From Crocinitomicaceae bacterium (GTDB taxonomy: Bacteria; Bacteroidota; Bacteroidia; Flavobacteriales_D; Crocinitomicaceae): a stretch of 61,299 nucleotides of DNA. The stretch lies in assembly GCA_020832365.1 (NCBI GenBank), contig JAFIEX010000001.1:1-61299 (forward strand). The letters run 5' to 3'. The translations under genes and the position numbers were made by a program. Of the stretch, positions 38,212 to 47,493 are shown one piece after another. Each line of letters begins with the position of its first letter. Positions within the stretch are counted from its first letter, which is position 1. The notes below the pieces were generated by a model, which ran no database searches, was not told the origin of the DNA, and worked only from the letters and a program-made list of their open reading frames with translations.

Positions 38212-40011
38212 TTAAAATATGAAACTTGCGCCTTCCTCGCTATTGGTTACTACCTTTCTTGCAATTTGGAATAGCTCTCTTCCTACACCGTAAACATTAT
38301 CATTGTCTTTCGTGCGTGCAGGTCTATTTTCAACCCCCTCTGTTAAACAAGTTAATTCTCCTGTAACACCATCCAATCGGATCAGATCTCCAGTTTGAAT
38401 TTTTCCAATAACGCCACCATCACGTGCCTCAGGCCAAATATGTATTGCAGAAGCTACTTTTCCAGAAGCGCCAGACATTCTTCCATCTGTAACTAAGCCA
38501 ACTTTGTAACCGCGTTTTTGAAGAATCGTTAAAGAAGGGGTTAGCTGATGCAACTCAGGCATGCCATTTTGTTTAGGTCCTTGAAATGGAATAACAGCAA
38601 TGAAATCTTTGTTGAGCTCATTGTTTTTGAACGCTTTAATAAAGTCTTCTTGCTCGTCGAATACTATGGCAGGTGCTTCGATAATGCGATTTTCTTCTTC
38701 AACAGCTGAGATCTTTATGACACCTCTACCTATATTTCCTTGCATACGTTTGATACCTCCTTCTGCTTGAAAAGGTTCAGTTGCTGAGCGCAATATTGAA
38801 GTATTTAGACTTTCAGATGGTCCATTTGCCCACTTGATACCCTTTTCTCCAATCTTTGGCTCTTGAGTGTATAAATTTAGGCCATGCCCGAAAATTGTAT
38901 TTACATCATCGTGTAACAGTCCATTTTCTAAAAGTGTACGGATAACATATCCCATTCCTCCAGCTGCATGAAAGTGATTGACATCCGCTGCTCCGTTTGG
39001 GTAAACACGCGTAATCAATGGAATGACAGCTGATAAATCAGAAAAATCATCCCAGTTGATGATGATGCCTGCAGCTGCTGCAATTGCAATTAAATGAATG
39101 GTGTGGTTCGTGGATCCTCCTGTAGCCAATAAACCAATGATACCATTTACCACTGTTTTTTCACTCACTACATGGGAAATGCTGTTTTCTATGTTGCCAG
39201 ATTTGATATTTTGTAACAAAACTTTTACACCTTCCTCGTTTAACAATTCACGCAAAGGAGTGCCTGGATTAACAAAACTAGATCCGGGTAACTGCAACCC
39301 CATGATTTCCATGAGCATTTGATTACTATTGGCTGTTCCGTAAAATGTACATGTTCCTGGAGAATGGTAGGAATCTGATTCACCTTTCAAGAGTGCGGCA
39401 CGGTCAATCTTTCCTTCAGCAAAATCTTGTCGGATGCGCGCTTTTTCTTCATTGCTAATTCCTGAAGGCATAGGCCCCCCAGGCAAGAAGATAGTTGGTA
39501 AATGACCAAACTTGAGAGATGCTATCATCATCCCAGGTACAATTTTATCACAAATACCTAAATTAATGACTCCGTCATACATATTGTGTGAAAGTGAAAC
39601 AGCAGCCGACATGGCGATGACATCCCTGCTAAATAAAGAGAGTTCCATACCGACCTGCCCTTGTGTTACACCGTCACACATCGCAGGTACACCACCAGCG
39701 ACTTGTGCAGCAGCCTCATACTTATTGGCGTACTTTCTGATCATCTGCGGATAATCTTCGTAAGGCTTATGCGCTGAAAGCATGTCATTGTATGCTGTAA
39801 CAATTGCAATATTCGGTAAAATATCCTCCGCAAGTATGTTCTTATCCACTGACCCACACCCTGCAAAGCCATGCGCTAAATTTCCACAACTTAACTTGCC
39901 TCTTTTTGGTCCGGCGTCAAACTGGGCTTTTATGCGGTCAAAATATATTTTTCGATGTGCAGCACTGCGTGTTGTTATTCTATCGGTAACTTTTTGAATA
40001 ATCTCATTCAT
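38212..40011 (-). CDS. edd: 6-phosphogluconate dehydratase
   Basis: 599 aa, IlvD/Edd family. The N-terminus MNEIIQKVTDRITTRS parallels E. coli Edd. Also CDKIVPGM and TDGRMSGASG. Confidence 0.9.
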   Translation of the reverse strand: MNEIIQKVTDRITTRSAAHRKIYFDRIKAQFDAGPKRGKLSCGNLAHGFAGCGSVDKNILAEDILPNIAIVTAYNDMLSAHKPYEDYPQMIRKYANKYEAAAQVAGGVPAMCDGVTQGQVGMELSLFSRDVIAMSAAVSLSHNMYDGVINLGICDKIVPGMMIASLKFGHLPTIFLPGGPMPSGISNEEKARIRQDFAEGKIDRAALLKGESDSYHSPGTCTFYGTANSNQMLMEIMGLQLPGSSFVNPGTPLRELLNEEGVKVLLQNIKSGNIENSISHVVSEKTVVNGIIGLLATGGSTNHTIHLIAIAAAAGIIINWDDFSDLSAVIPLITRVYPNGAADVNHFHAAGGMGYVIRTLLENGLLHDDVNTIFGHGLNLYTQEPKIGEKGIKWANGPSESLNTSILRSATEPFQAEGGIKRMQGNIGRGVIKISAVEEENRIIEAPAIVFDEQEDFIKAFKNNELNKDFIAVIPFQGPKQNGMPELHQLTPSLTILQKRGYKVGLVTDGRMSGASGKVASAIHIWPEARDGGVIGKIQTGDLIRLDGVTGELTCLTEGVENRPARTKDNDNVYGVGRELFQIARKVVTNSEEGASFIF

Positions 40012-40022
40012 AACTAAAGGTT

Positions 40023-40694
40023 TTAACAGTAAAATACATAAAAATTCCTAAGGTCTTTGGTTAATTGGTAGATGGGATAGTTTTTTTGTTTAGCTTCATC
40101 AAATACGGCTTTTTTATCAGCGCCAGTAAAAAGTAGAAAAGTATGCGCGGCACTGCGCAACAACCCACTAGAACATGTAATTCTATGTTTAGGATGACTC
40201 GGCGAAGTAGCGTAAATTAATTGAAGCTCGTTCTTTGTTAAGTCATCTAGAGCAACTTGATCACCTGGAAAAAGAGAAGCCGTGTGACCATCATTGCCCA
40301 TTCCTAAAAAAGAAACATCTAATCGCTCTATAAATGGCGCATAATTAGAATTCGCTTTTAGCAGATTTTGCGCTCTATTTTCAGTATCATTCACCATTGG
40401 ATATAAATTGACTCCTGCCTCAATCGCCTTTTGCATGGCTTTCTTCAAATTTCGAAAGTTGCTGTTTTCGTCCGTTTCAGGAACAAAGCGCTCATCAACT
40501 AAACCGATATGGACATTTTTCCAGTCCAAGTCTGATTGAGCTAGTAGTTCGTACACGCCAAATGGTGTGCTCCCTCCAGATAAAAGCAATCTGGTGTCAC
40601 CAAACAAATCTATAGCTTGACGGGCTAATTCCACGATAGTATTAGCCAATTTTATTTCTAAATCACTTTTGTTTTGGAACGGATACAATTTCAT
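40023..40694 (-). CDS. pgl: 6-phosphogluconolactonase
   Basis: GMGNDGHTASLFPG motif. I prefer ATG 40694 (MKLYPFQ...). The track's ATG at 40727 is also possible. Either start overlaps the zwf 3' end. Confidence 0.85.
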   Translation of the reverse strand: MKLYPFQNKSDLEIKLANTIVELARQAIDLFGDTRLLLSGGSTPFGVYELLAQSDLDWKNVHIGLVDERFVPETDENSNFRNLKKAMQKAIEAGVNLYPMVNDTENRAQNLLKANSNYAPFIERLDVSFLGMGNDGHTASLFPGDQVALDDLTKNELQLIYATSPSHPKHRITCSSGLLRSAAHTFLLFTGADKKAVFDEAKQKNYPIYQLTKDLRNFYVFYC

Positions 40695-42171
40695 AAATAC
40701 TTGTTTTTGACCATTTTTCGTTTCCATCCATTACTAAATCGCCAGGGCCCCAAGTACCTGCTTCATAAAGGATGTTTTTTTGATTCGTTTTTTTCCAATT
40801 GTTGGTAATCGACTCTACCCAGATCCATGCTGCTTCTAACTCATCTTGGCGCATGAATAAGGTTTGGTTGCCTCTTAACATATCAATGAACAAACGCTCA
40901 TAAGCTTCTGGAAATTTTTCGTTAAATGAATCTGAGAAGTCTAATTTTAGCGCAACTGGTTTGTAACGATAACCCCCAGGACCTGGCAGTTTAGACATTT
41001 GCACAAGCTCTATTCGCTCCTCAGGTTGCAGGCGAATAATGAGTTTGTTACCTGGGATTTCTTCATTGCCATTGAATACGTTATAAGCAACGGGCTTGAA
41101 GTTTATAATAATCTCTGAGTATCGCTTGGGCATTCTTTTACCGGTTCTAAGAAAAAACGGAACGCCTTTCCATCGCCAATTATCTACAAATGCCTTGATA
41201 GCTACAAATGTTTCTGTGTTAGACGAAAACTTATCGATATCTTCAAGGTAAGAATTAATAGATACACCATCTTTTTCACCTCGTGTGTATTGTCCTCGTG
41301 CAGTATGTGTCTTTACCGTGTTTTCATCCAATAAACGGAGGGCATGAATAACTTTCAATTTTTCATCTCTCACGAAATTAGCTTCCATTCTAACGGGGGG
41401 CTCCATAGCAATAAGGCAGAGCAACTGCATTAAGTGGTTTTGCACCATGTCAAGAAGTGCACCACTTTGGTCATAATAGTCGCCCCGCTCCTCGACACCT
41501 AAACTTTCTGCTACTGTAATTTGAACAGATTCAACGTGATTACTGTTCCAAGCATTTTCAAACAAATGATTCGCAAATCGCAATACCATCAAGTTTTGCA
41601 CTGTTTCTTTCCCCAAGTAATGGTCAATGCGATAAATTTGATCTTCCGTAAAAACTTGTGTGATACTATCATTGATGGACTGCGAAGAAGCTAAACTATT
41701 GCCTAATGGCTTTTCAAGTACTACTTTGCTCAGTTGATTAACTAGTCCATGATTTTTAAGTGATTCACAAATCGGACCGAAAGCATTGGAAGGGGTAGAT
41801 AAATAAAATAGCGTTTGGTAATCTTTATTTGCATCTAATTGAACTTTTAATTGTAAATACCCCTCATCGTTATCTCCAGGTACGACAGTAAGCAACATTT
41901 TTTCTAAAAAAGCATCAATTTTTGTTTCATCTACTTGGAATTTAATTGAATCCTTAATAAACTGTTTTACGGTAGGAAAAAAGTTGGCATGTTTCTTATC
42001 TGACCTTGTTATGGCAAAAACTTTGAAGTCGACATTTAGCTGTCCGTCTAAATACCTTCTGCATATCGCCGGATAAATTTTTCTTATCGCCAAATCCCCA
42101 TCACCGCCAAAAATCACAGCATGAAAAGGTTGTATTTGCGTTTTTGTTTTTCTATATTTACGATTACTCAT
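40663..42171 (-). CDS. zwf: Glucose-6-phosphate 1-dehydrogenase
   Basis: IFGGDGDLAIRKIYPA (NADP site) and RIDHYLGKE active-site motif. The track start at 42180 is a TTG. I prefer the ATG at 42171 (MSNRKYRK...). Confidence 0.9.
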   Translation of the reverse strand: MSNRKYRKTKTQIQPFHAVIFGGDGDLAIRKIYPAICRRYLDGQLNVDFKVFAITRSDKKHANFFPTVKQFIKDSIKFQVDETKIDAFLEKMLLTVVPGDNDEGYLQLKVQLDANKDYQTLFYLSTPSNAFGPICESLKNHGLVNQLSKVVLEKPLGNSLASSQSINDSITQVFTEDQIYRIDHYLGKETVQNLMVLRFANHLFENAWNSNHVESVQITVAESLGVEERGDYYDQSGALLDMVQNHLMQLLCLIAMEPPVRMEANFVRDEKLKVIHALRLLDENTVKTHTARGQYTRGEKDGVSINSYLEDIDKFSSNTETFVAIKAFVDNWRWKGVPFFLRTGKRMPKRYSEIIINFKPVAYNVFNGNEEIPGNKLIIRLQPEERIELVQMSKLPGPGGYRYKPVALKLDFSDSFNEKFPEAYERLFIDMLRGNQTLFMRQDELEAAWIWVESITNNWKKTNQKNILYEAGTWGPGDLVMDGNEKWSKTSIYEIVSVPKQK

Positions 42172-42195
42172 CTTTGTCAATTTTACATCTTACTC

Positions 42196-42203
42196 ACAAA
42201 TAT
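42196..42203 (-). promoter_or_regulatory. -7 box (TATATTTG on the minus strand) of the zwf-pgl-edd-eda operon
   Basis: Plus-strand CAAATATA, 24 nt upstream of ATG 42171. Confidence 0.6.
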
Positions 42204-42206
42204 AAC

Positions 42207-42229
42207 ACTTTGTGTCAATAAAACACTAA
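42207..42229. promoter_or_regulatory. Candidate operator, site A: CTTTGTGT-CAATAAA-ACACTAAG (near-perfect palindrome)
   Basis: Read directly. The arms are reverse complements except for one position. It starts 3 nt from the zwf -7 box (42196-42203, minus strand). Confidence 0.65.
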
Positions 42230-42315
42230 GTGAATTGTTAAAAATTCTGGCTTAACAAAAGATTAATGTATTGGAAACATATTTTTACGATTGAGTAATC
42301 TAGGGCTAGAGACCA

Positions 42316-43083
42316 CTAAAAACCAAAATTATCATAACCTTCTTCAACTAATCGCTGATAGTTTTCTTCATTGAATTTATAAATGAGAGAAGGTTTATGT
42401 GGGACGCCTGTTTGTTTTTTATTGAGACTTTCAACAATGCCTAGCTTGTTTATTTTTCTGCGAAAGTTTCTTTTATCTAATGGTCTACCCAAAATAGATT
42501 CGTATAGTTTGTGCAAGTCGGAAAGTACAAATTGTGCGGGTAACAGGTTGAATCCCACTGGCTGAGTTTTTATTTTTGAGCGGAGCTGTTTTAATGCGGC
42601 TTTCAAGATTTCAAAATGATCAAATGCGAGTGTTGTTACCTCCGACACAGGCACCCAAACTGCACTTTGTGCAAACGATGAGGCTTGAGGCTTGTAAAGA
42701 TTCTTGTTTACAAGAGAGTAATAAGCAATAGTTATTACTCGTTCATCTGGGTACTGTCGAACTGATTCGAGCCATTTCTTGTCCTCTGGTTTGCTTAGTC
42801 TATCTGGAGAGCCAAAAGCACCGATTTGCTCGAGAAAAATGTCTGATAGGCCTGTGAGCTCTTTCAGAACACGCTGTGCAGCATCGTCTAAATCTTCGTC
42901 GTCGTAAATTAAATCACCAGGCAAAGCATTGTTTTCCTCCCTATCTGATACTGGTTTTCGTTCTATTAAAAGGACTTGTAAACCTTCGTTGTCAAAGCCG
43001 AAAATAACGCAATCCGTGGAGATTTTCGGGTTAATTTGATGATTTTTATTTAAACTCATGTGCGAAATTAAAAAGATTTTCAT
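42316..43083 (-). CDS. Nudix-domain transcriptional regulator (NrtR/AraR-like; degenerate Nudix box plus C-terminal winged helix)
   Basis: 255 aa. Nudix-box remnant GDLIYDDEDLDDAAQRVLKELTGL lacks two catalytic Glu of REUXEE. The C-terminal LDKRNFRRKINKLGIVE resembles the NrtR-type wHTH. Palindromic sites flank the gene. Confidence 0.7.
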   Translation of the reverse strand: MKIFLISHMSLNKNHQINPKISTDCVIFGFDNEGLQVLLIERKPVSDREENNALPGDLIYDDEDLDDAAQRVLKELTGLSDIFLEQIGAFGSPDRLSKPEDKKWLESVRQYPDERVITIAYYSLVNKNLYKPQASSFAQSAVWVPVSEVTTLAFDHFEILKAALKQLRSKIKTQPVGFNLLPAQFVLSDLHKLYESILGRPLDKRNFRRKINKLGIVESLNKKQTGVPHKPSLIYKFNEENYQRLVEEGYDNFGF

Positions 43084-43090
43084 AATTTAG

Positions 43091-43113
43091 CAAAGTGTAA
43101 TTGTGACACCAAG
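43091..43113. promoter_or_regulatory. Candidate operator, site B: CAAAGTGT-AATTGTG-ACACCAAG (palindrome)
   Basis: Read directly. It lies in the 53-bp divergent region, 8 nt from the regulator ATG (43083) and 24 nt from the kinase ATG (43137). Confidence 0.65.
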
Positions 43114-43136
43114 GATATTTTAATCGAATTTTACTT

Positions 43137-43985
43137 ATGATAATCATTGTTGAAAGTGGCTCTACAAAGAGTGATTGGGTAGTGCTAAAAAAGGAGGAAG
43201 CAGCGTATTATGAAACAATTGGGTTGAATCCATATTTTCATTCTGAGCAGGAGGTTAGCGCAGCAATTATGCAAAACGAATTGCTTTGTAATTTGGCAAG
43301 TGATGTGACTAAAATATTTTTCTACGGAGCGGGTTGTTCTGCTCAACATTTGAATGAAATAATTAGAAAAGGGATTGCTGCTGTTTTCCCTTATGCTTCG
43401 GTTCATGTAGATCATGATATGAAGGCTGCTGCTTACGCTACCTTCAATGGGGTGCCTGCAATTGCTTGTATTCTTGGAACAGGTTCAAATTCTTGTTTTT
43501 TTGATGGTGAAAATGTTGTAGAGGCCGTACCAGCTTTGGGTTATATTTTAGGAGATGAGGGGAGTGGTTCCTATTTTGGTAAACAAGTTTTGACAGATTT
43601 TTTATACAATCGACTACCTTTTGCCATGCAAGAGGGTTTAGTTGATTTGGGATGGAATAAAGACAAAATAATTGAATCGGTTTACAGAAAGCCGCATGCT
43701 AATGTGTTTTTAGCCTCGTTTATGCCTTTTATTGTTTCGCACAAAACACAACCGTATGTCATGGAAATGGTTAAAAACGGTTTTGCTAACTTTTTGAAAT
43801 ATCATGTGCTAAGCTTTTCAAATGGGAAAGATGTTCCTGTTAATTTCGTTGGCTCTGTAGCCCATTTCTTTCAAGAGGAGTTGAAGCTTGTTTGTGAATC
43901 AGAAGGTGTTCAATTTGGTGAAGTTGTGCGCCGTCCAATTGATGGTTTAGTGAGATTTCATTCCAAAAACATTATTAAAGTTTAA
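43137..43985 (+). CDS. BadF/BadG/BcrA/BcrD-type ATPase (N-acetylglucosamine-kinase-like sugar kinase)
   Basis: 282 aa. N-terminal IIVESGSTKSDWVV phosphate-1 motif and ILGTGSNS. First gene of the maltose operon. Confidence 0.7.
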   Translation: MIIIVESGSTKSDWVVLKKEEAAYYETIGLNPYFHSEQEVSAAIMQNELLCNLASDVTKIFFYGAGCSAQHLNEIIRKGIAAVFPYASVHVDHDMKAAAYATFNGVPAIACILGTGSNSCFFDGENVVEAVPALGYILGDEGSGSYFGKQVLTDFLYNRLPFAMQEGLVDLGWNKDKIIESVYRKPHANVFLASFMPFIVSHKTQPYVMEMVKNGFANFLKYHVLSFSNGKDVPVNFVGSVAHFFQEELKLVCESEGVQFGEVVRRPIDGLVRFHSKNIIKV

Positions 43986-43988
43986 GAT

Positions 43989-45323
43989 ATGAGAAAGTTG
44001 AAATTGCTGTTCCTATTTTTTATTTTGGTCATTAGCCAACTATTATTTGCGCAAAGTAATCAGCCTGAGTGGGCAAAAAATGCAACGATCTATGAAGTCA
44101 ATATTCGGCAATATACCAAAGAAGGAACATTTAAAGCGTTTGCTGAGCATTTGCCAAGACTAAAAGAAATGGGAGTTGATATCCTTTGGCTGATGCCTAT
44201 TCACCCAATTGGAGTAAAAAATCGCAAAGGAGAGTTAGGTAGTTATTATGCTGTGCGTGATTATAAAGGAATTAATCCAGAATTTGGAACAGCTAAAGAT
44301 TTTAGACGATTGATCAAGCAAATTCATGACTTAGACATGAAAATCATTCTGGATTGGGTCGCTAATCATAGTGCTCCAGATAATGTTTGGTTAGACCAAT
44401 GCAGACAACATTGGTACACGCTAGATTCAGCAGGCTATTTACAGCCAACTTTAGGAACTGATTGGTGGGATGTTGCGGATTTGAATTACAACAATCCCGA
44501 AATGCGAAAAGAAATGATTAACTCTTTATCCTTTTGGGTGAAGGAATTTGATATCGATGGTTTTCGTTGTGATGTTGCAGATTATGTTCCAACAGATTTT
44601 TGGGTAGATGCTCGCAAGGCTTTGGATGAAATTAAGCCAGTGTTTATGCTTGCTGAGGCTGAAAACCCAGAACATCATGATTTTGCTTTTGAAATGTCCT
44701 ACGCTTGGGAATTTCATCACATTATGAATGGTTTAGCAAGCGGAGAGAAAAGCTTGAGAGATGTACATGAGTATTTCAGAAATAACAGGTTTAAACCTGT
44801 TGATTTTCGCATGCAATTTACATCTAATCATGATGAAAATTCTTGGAATGGTACAGAGCACGAAAGATATGGCGACCAAAGACTAATGTATGCGGCATTG
44901 GCTGCTACTATTGAAGGAATGCCATTGATCTATTCTGGCCAGGAAGCAGATTTCAATCGAAGACTGAAGTTTTTCGATAAAGATGAAATTGATTGGAGTG
45001 ATTTTTCCTTAGTACCTTTCTACACCAAATTGTTTCAATTAAATAAAAACAATCAAGCACTTTGGAATGGCGAGCATGGCGGACAAGTTCGTTTTGAATC
45101 GAGCTCTGATGAGCCTAATGTGTTAGTTTTTGTTAGAGAAAAGAATGGAGACAAGGTTGTTGGTTTGTTTAATTTCTCAAGCGAAGCGCAAGAATATGTT
45201 GTGACAAAAGAATTTACTACTGGAAACTACAAGTCGCTTTTTGAGGACGATAAGTCAGTAACGATAGAACGGGCACAAATCCTATCGTTGCAGCCTTATG
45301 AATTTCAAATCTACTACAAATAA
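43989..45323 (+). CDS. GH13 alpha-amylase family enzyme (signal peptide, periplasmic)
   Basis: 444 aa. GH13 regions DWVANH, DGFRCDVADYVP, MLAEAE and FTSNHDENS. Confidence 0.85.
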   Translation: MRKLKLLFLFFILVISQLLFAQSNQPEWAKNATIYEVNIRQYTKEGTFKAFAEHLPRLKEMGVDILWLMPIHPIGVKNRKGELGSYYAVRDYKGINPEFGTAKDFRRLIKQIHDLDMKIILDWVANHSAPDNVWLDQCRQHWYTLDSAGYLQPTLGTDWWDVADLNYNNPEMRKEMINSLSFWVKEFDIDGFRCDVADYVPTDFWVDARKALDEIKPVFMLAEAENPEHHDFAFEMSYAWEFHHIMNGLASGEKSLRDVHEYFRNNRFKPVDFRMQFTSNHDENSWNGTEHERYGDQRLMYAALAATIEGMPLIYSGQEADFNRRLKFFDKDEIDWSDFSLVPFYTKLFQLNKNNQALWNGEHGGQVRFESSSDEPNVLVFVREKNGDKVVGLFNFSSEAQEYVVTKEFTTGNYKSLFEDDKSVTIERAQILSLQPYEFQIYYK

Positions 45324-45331
45324 AGAGGATA

Positions 45332-46852
45332 ATGCAAAAGGCAAAACTTTCATTTTGGCAAATATGGAACATGAGTTTCGGTTTTCTCGGAATTCAGTTT
45401 GGTTTTGCCTTGCAGAATGCTAATACATCAAGAATTTTTGAAACGCTCGGTGCAGAGGTTGAGTCTATTCCAATTCTTTGGATTGCAGCTCCTGTTACTG
45501 GTCTTATTGTTCAGCCAATTGTTGGTTATTTTAGTGATAAAACATGGACAAGGTTAGGGCGGCGAAGACCCTATTTTTTAATAGGTGCTATTCTTTCCTC
45601 AATTGCTTTGTGCGTTATGCCAAACTCACCAACTTTATGGGTTGCGGCTGGAACACTTTGGATCATGGATGCCTCGATTAATATCTCTATGGAACCTTTC
45701 CGTGCATTTGTCGGAGATAACTTACCAGAGAGTCAGCGAACAAAAGGTTTTGCCATGCAAAGCTTCTTTATTGGCACCGGCGCAGTAGTTGGTTCAATGA
45801 TGCCTTACATTTTTACGAACTATTTTGGAATTAGTAATGTTGCTCCAGAAGGGGTTATACCAGACTCTGTTAAATGGTCGTTTTATGTGGGAGCAGTTGT
45901 GTTCTTTTTATCAGTTTTATGGACGGTTATTAGTTCCAAAGAGTATTCTCCAGAACAGTTAGCACAATTTGAGGAAAATAAAGCACAGTTTCACCCTGTA
46001 ATTACGCCAGAAGAAAACATCAGAAGAATTAAGCGTTTGATGCGAATAGGTCTTGCTTTTTTTGCAGTGGGTGGGGTTTCAACGCTTATCTTATTTTTGG
46101 TTGACTTAGAAAAAGAGCTGTTTGTTTTATCCATTGGTTTATGGATTACCGGATTACTCTTTATCTTGGCCTCACTAATCCGTAAGGCAAAGGGTAGAAC
46201 GGGTTTTGTAATTATGATGACAGACTTGATATACATGCCAAACACAATGAAACAGCTAGCTTGGGTGCAGTTCTTTTCATGGTTTGCGCTCTTTTCCATG
46301 TGGATTTATACGACTCAAGCTGTCACATCGCACACTTATGGCGTCTCAGACACTACCTCTAAAATCTATAATGACGCTGCTGACTGGGTTACAGTGCTTT
46401 TTGGCGTTTACAATGGAGTTGCCGCATTAGTTGCCTTTTTGATTCCAGTTGTTGCCAAGAGGATTACACGTAAAGTGACACACTTTTTATCCTTAACTTT
46501 AGGCGGATTTGGTTTGATTTCAATATTTTTTATAATGGACCCCATATTTTTGGTGTTCTCCATGATTGGTATTGGAGTAGCATGGTCGAGTATCCTTTCA
46601 ATTCCATATGCCATGCTTGCTGGAGCGCTTCCTGCTAATAAAATGGGATATTACATGGGGGTGTTTAATTTTTTTATTGTCATACCACAGATGATTGCAG
46701 CCACAATTTTAGGATTCTTAGTAGCTAAGTTTTTCAATGGGATGCCAATTTATGCTTTGATACTTGGAGGGGTTGCAATGATTATTGCGGGATTACTCAC
46801 TTTGAGAGTGAGTGACGGAGCAACCATTGAATTGAAAGAAGAAACAGTTTGA
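45332..46852 (+). CDS. MFS/GPH-type sugar:cation symporter (maltose/maltodextrin importer candidate)
   Basis: 506 aa with about 12 TMs. GRRRPYFLIGA motif, typical of sucrose/maltose-type MFS carriers. Confidence 0.8.
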   Translation: MQKAKLSFWQIWNMSFGFLGIQFGFALQNANTSRIFETLGAEVESIPILWIAAPVTGLIVQPIVGYFSDKTWTRLGRRRPYFLIGAILSSIALCVMPNSPTLWVAAGTLWIMDASINISMEPFRAFVGDNLPESQRTKGFAMQSFFIGTGAVVGSMMPYIFTNYFGISNVAPEGVIPDSVKWSFYVGAVVFFLSVLWTVISSKEYSPEQLAQFEENKAQFHPVITPEENIRRIKRLMRIGLAFFAVGGVSTLILFLVDLEKELFVLSIGLWITGLLFILASLIRKAKGRTGFVIMMTDLIYMPNTMKQLAWVQFFSWFALFSMWIYTTQAVTSHTYGVSDTTSKIYNDAADWVTVLFGVYNGVAALVAFLIPVVAKRITRKVTHFLSLTLGGFGLISIFFIMDPIFLVFSMIGIGVAWSSILSIPYAMLAGALPANKMGYYMGVFNFFIVIPQMIAATILGFLVAKFFNGMPIYALILGGVAMIIAGLLTLRVSDGATIELKEETV

Positions 46853-46857
46853 AAAAA

Positions 46858-47490
46858 ATGAGAAAAGCAAAAGCATTAATATTTGATTTGGACGGCGTCG
46901 TTGTAACCACAGAACATAATCACTTTGTTGCATGGAAGAGAACAGCGGATCGCTTGGGGATTAATTTTTCTGAAAGAGAAAATGAAGCACTTAAGGGTCT
47001 TAGCCGCGTAGATTCGCTTCGTAAAATACTGGAAATTGGTAATAAGCAAATTGAAGAAAATTATTTTGAAGAGCTTTTGGTTGAGAAAAATAATTTTTAC
47101 AAGGCTTCTATTGCTCAATTAGACAGATCTGCGTGTCTACCTGGTGTGTTAAATTTACTATCAAAAGCCAAAGAAGAGGGTATTCCCATGGCTGTCGGTT
47201 CTTCTAGCAAGAATGCAAAGTTTATTTTAGATCGTTTAAATCTTTCGGATTATTTCCAAATCATAGTGGATGGTAATATGGTTGAACACCCAAAACCCCA
47301 CCCTGAGGTGTTTTTACAAGCCGCCGAAGCGATGAAGGTAGTGCCTAGTGAAAGCATTGTCTTTGAAGATGCAGAAAGCGGGATTAAGGCAGCTAAAGCA
47401 GGTGGATTTTATGCTATCGCAGTTGGTAATCCAAATATTGCAGCGCTAGCAGATGAGTTTTTAGAAAGTTTAGAAGAATTTAAGATATAG
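46858..47490 (+). CDS. pgmB: Beta-phosphoglucomutase
   Basis: HAD motifs FDLDGVVV, GSSSKNA and FEDAESGIKAAKAGG. The track start at 46849 is a TTG. I prefer ATG 46858 (MRKAKALIFDLDG). Confidence 0.85.
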   Translation: MRKAKALIFDLDGVVVTTEHNHFVAWKRTADRLGINFSERENEALKGLSRVDSLRKILEIGNKQIEENYFEELLVEKNNFYKASIAQLDRSACLPGVLNLLSKAKEEGIPMAVGSSSKNAKFILDRLNLSDYFQIIVDGNMVEHPKPHPEVFLQAAEAMKVVPSESIVFEDAESGIKAAKAGGFYAIAVGNPNIAALADEFLESLEEFKI

Positions 47491-47493
47491 TTT

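Noticed and set aside
46849-46857. Non-ATG track starts: TTG at 46849 (pgmB), TTG at 42180 (zwf) and GTG at 57586 (gmhA).
   Set aside because: In each case an ATG 2-3 codons downstream gives an N-terminus that matches family expectations. I kept the GTG start of the MbnH-like gene (17607) because no nearby ATG exists and it overlaps the upstream stop.
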